Position numbers and translations under genes: made by a program | Virus record (IMG/VR): IMGVR_UViG_3300028189_000002 | From: a virus | Reading direction: 5' to 3' (one strand) | Length of the DNA stretch: 35,726 nucleotides | Shown here: positions 31,285-35,726 of the stretch, piece by piece | How positions within the stretch are numbered: the first letter of the stretch is position 1 | How the letters are laid out: every line of letters starts with the position of its first letter | The notes under the pieces: model-generated | Told to the model about the DNA's origin: nothing | Databases searched by the model: none | What the model saw: only the letters and a program-made list of their open reading frames with translations

Positions 31285-32238
31285 ATGACCTGCGAATATA
31301 AAGAAAACAAAAAGAAAAAATCCTGTGACTTCTACATTAAGTCCGGATTCTGTTCAAAGAAAACTATCTTCAGGTGTGTTGAATACATTGAACGGAATGA
31401 GCCTACGTTATCGCATTCAGGTATCATTAACTTCATCCGATGCCCGAAGATGTATTATTATGCTCAGATATGTGGCATACAGAAGAAAGAGACTTCCGAT
31501 CCTATAAAAATAGGTAGTGCTGTGGATAGTTACATTACTGAATATCTACTCACAGGTGCTAAGAACGAAGATTATTTGGATATAAACTCTGATATTGATT
31601 ATATGTGGCAAGCAAAGGCCATTGCGATCATGAAAGCGTTCCGGGATCTAATCGGTGTTGATAAGTATAAGGAAAAATATGTCGGCCAGTATAAATTTGT
31701 ACTCAATAATGATGGTCAGCCTCAAATACAAGGGTTTTTGGATCTTCACGCTAAGAATGATTCTGGATTTATTGAATTGAAAACTGGTCGTGACCCTGCT
31801 TATTACATAAACCTGTTTTATATCAAATACAAACTTGCAACTTACTTCATGTCTAATGATAAGTATAAAACTGGTACTGTTTGGGCTATTCGTGTACCTG
31901 ATTTGAAACGTACAGGGAAATTCAAGAACGAATCTTATCCTGATTATTCAAATAGGTGTCATCGTGATATGCTGGCTCGTGCGAAATTCTATTTTCCAGG
32001 GTATAATCCTGAGAAACGAAACTTTGGCGCGAAATTCGGCAGGGCTGAGATCGATGTTGATGAAATGGTGAGGTATTACCGGATGATTGCCGATAATATC
32101 AAAGGGTGTATTGAGAGAGATCTATGGATTCAGAACGGTACAGGGTGTTTGCATCCGTTTGAATGTAATTATTTGAGTATATGTAAGAATAACGGTGCGA
32201 TCAGTGAAGATGTATATGGTTATAGGGAGAAAAAATGA
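31285..32238 (+). CDS. Cas4/RecB-like PD-(D/E)XK exonuclease with Fe-S Cys ligands and an extra N-terminal Cys4 module
   Basis: LSHSGIINFIRCPKMYYY (Cas4 N-terminal Cys), GFLDLHAK..GFIELKTG (D...ExK), and C-terminal C-LHPFE-C-NYLSI-C. The N-terminus has C3/C14/C23/C31. Confidence 0.7.
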   Translation: MTCEYKENKKKKSCDFYIKSGFCSKKTIFRCVEYIERNEPTLSHSGIINFIRCPKMYYYAQICGIQKKETSDPIKIGSAVDSYITEYLLTGAKNEDYLDINSDIDYMWQAKAIAIMKAFRDLIGVDKYKEKYVGQYKFVLNNDGQPQIQGFLDLHAKNDSGFIELKTGRDPAYYINLFYIKYKLATYFMSNDKYKTGTVWAIRVPDLKRTGKFKNESYPDYSNRCHRDMLARAKFYFPGYNPEKRNFGAKFGRAEIDVDEMVRYYRMIADNIKGCIERDLWIQNGTGCLHPFECNYLSICKNNGAISEDVYGYREKK

Positions 32239-32354
32239 CTTTTGAAAATCAGATTATTGAACTCGGATTGCAATTATTACATATTAAGGCTCTTTTGTGC
32301 GGAATCCTTTTTATGAATGTTTGTTCTTATGTTCATAATTGTTATTTTAAATAG
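32235..32354 (+). CDS. putative micro-protein (39 aa)
   Basis: Hand translation gives MTFENQIIELGLQLLHIKALLCGILFMNVCSYVHNCYFK. ATGA overlap with the upstream stop. Its stop codon lies inside the long hairpin. Confidence 0.3.
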   Translation: MTFENQIIELGLQLLHIKALLCGILFMNVCSYVHNCYFK

Positions 32355-32420
32355 GACACGGTCCTTAACTTGGCTCTGCAGGAGTGCAACCAAATCAAGG
32401 GGCAAGCCGTGTCCTATTTA
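32348..32420 (+). other. 73-nt extended hairpin (14-bp perfect base helix)
   Basis: TAAATAGGACACGG (32348-32361) pairs with CCGTGTCCTATTTA (32407-32420). Inner helix 32363-32373/32390-32400 has 9 of 11 positions paired. An apical CTC/GAG pair tops it. Confidence 0.8.
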
Positions 32421-32557
32421 ACACCTAAAGACTCCAGCGCGGAGCGCAATAACGGAGTGTAGCGAAGCGGAACGAGTGTCTGCCTGTTGCCCCTGAAAAA
32501 CTCAGTGAGAGCGAAGCGAACATAACATTATAATTTAAACCTGTATTAGGAGAAAAG

Positions 32558-33787
32558 ATGAAAATCAGACAGTTGAAATTGAAAAACTTTGCACAATTTG
32601 AAGATTTTGAAATTGTATTCAATGATGACATTACCCATTTAGTTGGTATCAATGGCTCTGGTAAAACAACAGTGGGACTCAATGCTATATGGGCTGGATT
32701 TAAAGGTATTGCTGAGAAAAGTAAAGATGCGTTGATTGGTGAGAGGTATAGGTTTATCTCTCCTGGTAAGAAGTCTCTTGATATTGAGATAACTTTGCAT
32801 GATAACGCTACAGAGAAAGATATAATACTTAAACGCCATATCACCAAAGATGTAAATCAGATCTCAATTGAATCATCCGGTGACGATGCTCCTTTTGATA
32901 AGCAAACTGTTGAGAACCTTCTAAACGTAACATTTCTGTCAGCCTCACACTTCACTTCATTATCCGGCAAAGAACAGGCCCTCGCTCTTGGTATTGATAC
33001 TACTGGACATGATGAATCGATTGCGGATATTAAATCAGAGGCTCAGTTATTAAGAAAACAGATTAAGTCCATCGGTGATCTGCCTGAATTAGAAAAGGTT
33101 GATAAGGTATCTGTGTCTGATTTGATTGAAAAGCGTGATGAAATTGTTTCATTCAATAATTCGCAAAATGCAATTGCAACTGCACATGCACAGAAACGAA
33201 ATCAAATTGATGTCGTTAAGGCTGAAATGCAAAGTTTATCAAATATTTTAAAAGACCATGAGGATGAATTATCTACTATGGTAGATTCTTGTGAGCTAAA
33301 AGATACGGATGAACTCGATGAACAGATAGAAAATGCAGAAGAAACAAACGAACTTGCAGTAGCTTATGATTCTAATTTGCTAAAGGTCAATGAATTGAAA
33401 AAGTTTCATGATGACCTTGATTCCAATATTGAAACTCAGGACAAAAAGTATAAGGAGCGCCTTGAATACATCAAAACCTCTACATTCGGCATGAAAGGAT
33501 TATCTGTAGATGATACCGGCTCTCTCCTTTTAGACGAAAAGCCTATAAAATCACCATATTTTTCAAAGGGTGAGTTGGAAATGGCGATTGCGAACATATC
33601 ATCCGGGCTCAACCCTGATCTAAAGGTCCGGTTCATTGATGACTTCGAAGTATTAGACGAGGAAAATCAACGTAAGATAATCAAGGGCTTGACAAAGCGT
33701 GGATTCCAGATAATAACGGCTACTGTAGGCGATAAGAAAACTCGTGATAAGTCTGTATTATTACGCCAATGTAAAATTGTAGAATAA
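32558..33787 (+). CDS. Rad50/SbcC/SMC-like ABC ATPase with a short coiled coil
   Basis: MKIRQLKLKNFAQFEDFEIVF..LVGINGSGKTT (N-terminal Walker A head), central coiled coil, FSKGELEMA signature-like motif, and Walker B VRFIDDFEVLD. AGGAG SD. Confidence 0.7.
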   Translation: MKIRQLKLKNFAQFEDFEIVFNDDITHLVGINGSGKTTVGLNAIWAGFKGIAEKSKDALIGERYRFISPGKKSLDIEITLHDNATEKDIILKRHITKDVNQISIESSGDDAPFDKQTVENLLNVTFLSASHFTSLSGKEQALALGIDTTGHDESIADIKSEAQLLRKQIKSIGDLPELEKVDKVSVSDLIEKRDEIVSFNNSQNAIATAHAQKRNQIDVVKAEMQSLSNILKDHEDELSTMVDSCELKDTDELDEQIENAEETNELAVAYDSNLLKVNELKKFHDDLDSNIETQDKKYKERLEYIKTSTFGMKGLSVDDTGSLLLDEKPIKSPYFSKGELEMAIANISSGLNPDLKVRFIDDFEVLDEENQRKIIKGLTKRGFQIITATVGDKKTRDKSVLLRQCKIVE

Positions 33788-33808
33788 TTCTAACCTTTTG
33801 GGGTAAAT

Positions 33809-34567
33809 ATGAAAACTATTAAAAGAGAACATAACGCGCCATTTTTATTAGTCTACGGAGATACCAATTCAGGCAAGACAACCTCGATTGTCCGGACCGC
33901 ACCTGGATCAATACTCTATATTTCTGCAGAAGGTGATGCGTGGAAAAGTGTAGACGTCTGTGAAGCATTTAAAGAGAAGATTGATATTGAGATTGTCCAG
34001 CCTGAGTCACATGAAGATCTTATGGATTCACTTAACAAGATGATCGCTGAAGCAATTGCAGGAAAATTCCCACATAAGACCGTTGTATTTGATTCCGGTA
34101 CTTTCTGGATGAATGTCAAGCTCGCCATCCGTGTTGAAGATGATCGTAATGATGGCCGTACTGGTGTCGATGCTGGTAAGCTGTCCGCACAGTCTCAAAG
34201 TGATTGGACTGAGGTAAACACAGCTAATAGTCAAATGAGTCGTTTAACGGATCTCCTGAAGACTTTATCGCAATATGGTGTCATGGTCATTATGACTGCG
34301 CAGTTACAGGAAAACCCTAAGTGGAATCGTGAACTTGAAGCTGGTCCATGTTTCAATTACAAAGACTATAACAAAGCATTAAAGGGATATTTTGATTACA
34401 TTGGTTTTACAATCCCTAATCTTGATGAACATGGGACTGTTCAATATCCACCAAAATTGAGTTTTGATGATCAGCAGGGGTATTTAGTTAAGTGGCGTGG
34501 TGTTCAACCTAAGAAATTGACTACACCATTTGATTTAAGTAAAAGATTTGCATGGTTTTGCGCGTAG
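33809..34567 (+). CDS. AAA_24 / Sak4-like RecA-fold ATPase
   Basis: FLLVYGDTNSGKTTS P-loop, VVFDSGT Walker B-like. Size and position are typical of phage Sak4-type proteins. Confidence 0.6.
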   Translation: MKTIKREHNAPFLLVYGDTNSGKTTSIVRTAPGSILYISAEGDAWKSVDVCEAFKEKIDIEIVQPESHEDLMDSLNKMIAEAIAGKFPHKTVVFDSGTFWMNVKLAIRVEDDRNDGRTGVDAGKLSAQSQSDWTEVNTANSQMSRLTDLLKTLSQYGVMVIMTAQLQENPKWNRELEAGPCFNYKDYNKALKGYFDYIGFTIPNLDEHGTVQYPPKLSFDDQQGYLVKWRGVQPKKLTTPFDLSKRFAWFCA

Positions 34568-34615
34568 GTAGTGTGCCGGTTTCATACGTGAACGTAAGCG
34601 AAAGGCGTTATGTTT

Positions 34616-34644
34616 ATTGACGAACTGAGTAAGCCGGTATTTAT
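34616..34644 (+). promoter_or_regulatory. Candidate internal promoter
   Basis: TTGACG (34616-34621), 17 nt, then TTTATT (34639-34644). This is the same -10 as at 18202. Confidence 0.35.
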
Positions 34645-34680
34645 TCTAGTTTAATAATTTGTTTTAAGGAGGGTAGCTTT

Positions 34681-35280
34681 ATGAGTGAAAGCATTGATGA
34701 TAGTATGGAAATTAGTGGTACCGAGGATATGGGTGGATTCAGTATGCCACCTGAAGGTAACATAGCAAAGGGCACAGGCGTGGAAATGGAGTTTACCGGA
34801 GAGATTAAGATGTGTGGTGAAGATGAAGATTGCCTTATGTTTGCTTTAACCTATGTAGATGATCCATCTGCAAAGGCAAACATCTTCTGTAAGACCACAA
34901 CGCAATCCGGTTTGTCTAAGATTGTTGGAATCGGTAGAGATTCAGGTGTATTTGATAAGATTGACAAGGTGCGTATCAGTAAGAACAAACCACCGATTCA
35001 ATCTTCTCAGGGTGGTGTTAAGGTAAAGGTCCTGGCAGATCCTAAATTTCACAATCAACTACGCAAAGAGATTGAAGGTTGTACAATACTTTGTTCAATT
35101 TCTCATTCTGAGGCAAAGCCGTATGTGGATAAGGTAACTGGTGAGACTAAAGAAGGTTTCCCGAATGCCAATATCAGTAAGATTGCTTCTGCAAAGAAGG
35201 GTAAGGCAACCGCTGAGAAACCAGCAAAGGAAAGTAAACCAGCCGCGGCCGCTGAAGATGATTCCGATGACTTTGGCTGA
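34681..35280 (+). CDS. putative ssDNA-binding protein (DUF669-like) with an acidic C-terminal tail
   Basis: It lies directly downstream of the Sak4-like gene. It has a Lys/Ala-rich linker and an SSB-style acidic tip AAAEDDSDDFG. AAGGAGGG SD. Confidence 0.4.
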   Translation: MSESIDDSMEISGTEDMGGFSMPPEGNIAKGTGVEMEFTGEIKMCGEDEDCLMFALTYVDDPSAKANIFCKTTTQSGLSKIVGIGRDSGVFDKIDKVRISKNKPPIQSSQGGVKVKVLADPKFHNQLRKEIEGCTILCSISHSEAKPYVDKVTGETKEGFPNANISKIASAKKGKATAEKPAKESKPAAAAEDDSDDFG

Positions 35281-35330
35281 TCATTAATCTCTAACTTATT
35301 CTATATTATCTAACATTTACGGAGAGATAA

Positions 35331-35492
35331 ATGTCTGTAGAACTTGATTTAGCAAAGGAACTTGTTACCAACCGGGCAATGGTCCAAAAACAGCAAGATG
35401 AAATAAAACTTGCAAAGGGCATTATTAAGGATTGTACTGAAAGAGAAGACGAAATCGTTAAAGAACTTGAGGTTCGCTTCTCAGAAGAATAA
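35331..35492 (+). CDS. hypothetical coiled-coil protein (53 aa, below the track cutoff)
   Basis: Hand translation gives MSVELDLAKELVTNRAMVQKQQDEIKLAKGIIKDCTEREDEIVKELEVRFSEE. GGAGAG lies 5 nt upstream. It displaces the antisense ORF 35306..35497. Confidence 0.5.
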   Translation: MSVELDLAKELVTNRAMVQKQQDEIKLAKGIIKDCTEREDEIVKELEVRFSEE

Positions 35493-35524
35493 ATCATTAA
35501 CCTATTACGTTAATAATTAATTTG

Positions 35525-35556
35525 ATGGCCTGTAGCTTTAACCGGCTATGGGCCAT
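35525..35556 (+). promoter_or_regulatory. 12-bp hairpin containing a TGTAGCT iteron-type motif (terminator or attenuator-like)
   Basis: ATGGCCTGTAGC (35525-35536) pairs with GCTATGGGCCAT (35545-35556), including two G-U pairs. It is followed by TTTCT. Confidence 0.4.
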
Positions 35557-35566
35557 TTCTATATAC

Positions 35567-35726
35567 ATGAAAAATACTGATGAATTCTGCGCTCCACCTA
35601 TTAAATTAAACCCTACACACGTTTCATACATACCGTCAGTACCTAAAGACTTTATAATTTCCGTTGATACTCGTGAGCAGAAGCCTTATAAATTTGGGAA
35701 GATCCCGGTAATTGTGAAGACTATCA
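35567..35726 (+). CDS. ERCC4-type nuclease, 5' part (continues at base 128 of the circular map; bases 35600-35726 duplicate 1-127)
   Basis: ATG at 35567 is in frame with base 1. The protein starts MKNTDEFCAPP and continues IKLNPTHVSY... Confidence 0.6.
   Translation, partial: MKNTDEFCAPPIKLNPTHVSYIPSVPKDFIISVDTREQKPYKFGKIPVIVKTI
35600..35726. repeat. Terminal direct repeat, copy 2
   Basis: Identical to bases 1-127. Confidence 0.95.

Noticed and set aside
32348-32420. Long hairpin considered as a tRNA or tRNA-like gene
   Set aside because: Only about 61 nt lie between the potential acceptor arms. There is no T-loop (GTTCRANYC) or D-loop signature, and the fold is a single rod rather than a cloverleaf. 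The GGTAGATTCAATCC string at 7638-7651 also lacks a complementary T-stem. I found no tRNA anywhere in the window.
1-35726. Temperate lifestyle, prophage ends or att sites
   Set aside because: I recognised no integrase, recombinase, transposase, excisionase or CI/Cro-like pair. The terminal repeat is explained by circular closure rather than att duplication.

Overview
The window is a complete, circularly closed phage-like genome. Bases 1-127 are identical to 35600-35726, giving a unit length of about 35.6 kb, and one gene reads across the join. It is AT-rich, dsDNA and Caudoviricetes-like. I could not recognise an integrase, DNA polymerase, tape measure, tail tube or sheath, or endolysin.

Layout:
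1. Early replication/recombination operon on the + strand, 30781 -> junction -> 3961. It encodes an RHH regulator, a Cas4-like Fe-S nuclease, a Rad50/SMC-like ABC ATPase, an AAA_24/Sak4-like ATPase, an SSB-like protein, an ERCC4 nuclease, a Dam-family MTase, an iteron-like 8-mer array and a DinG/XPD-like Fe-S helicase.
2. Accessory operon on the - strand, 7474 -> 3964. It holds 13 tiny genes (SLOG/DUF2493, RadC-JAB, Zn ribbons) and sits behind a strong terminator-containing leader.
3. Three-gene structural unit on the - strand, 10238 -> 7917 (connector-like, very basic protein, PKD protein).
4. A 1.46-kb ORF-free region, 10239-11701. It contains operator-like palindromes, GC-rich long-range helices (candidate structured RNAs) and A/T-tract repeats.
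5. Late operon on the + strand, 11702 -> 30633. It starts with small ORFs, then TerL, a MazG/DUF1353/membrane moron block, a portal and an HTH protein. These are followed by a 1052-aa protease-scaffold fusion, a decoration protein and the major capsid protein. The operon then carries a run of signal-peptide-bearing fibre-like proteins around a Wzy_C/O-antigen-ligase-like membrane protein, and ends with a holin/lipoprotein-like trio.

Most worth a second look: the ORF-free structured region, the Wzy_C plus exported-fibre cluster, the giant protease-scaffold fusion, the iteron array, the long hairpin and GCGAAGC mini-hairpin repeats in the replication operon, and the conserved 14-mer and terminator leader of the accessory operon.

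All functional calls come from motif recognition by eye. No database search was run.
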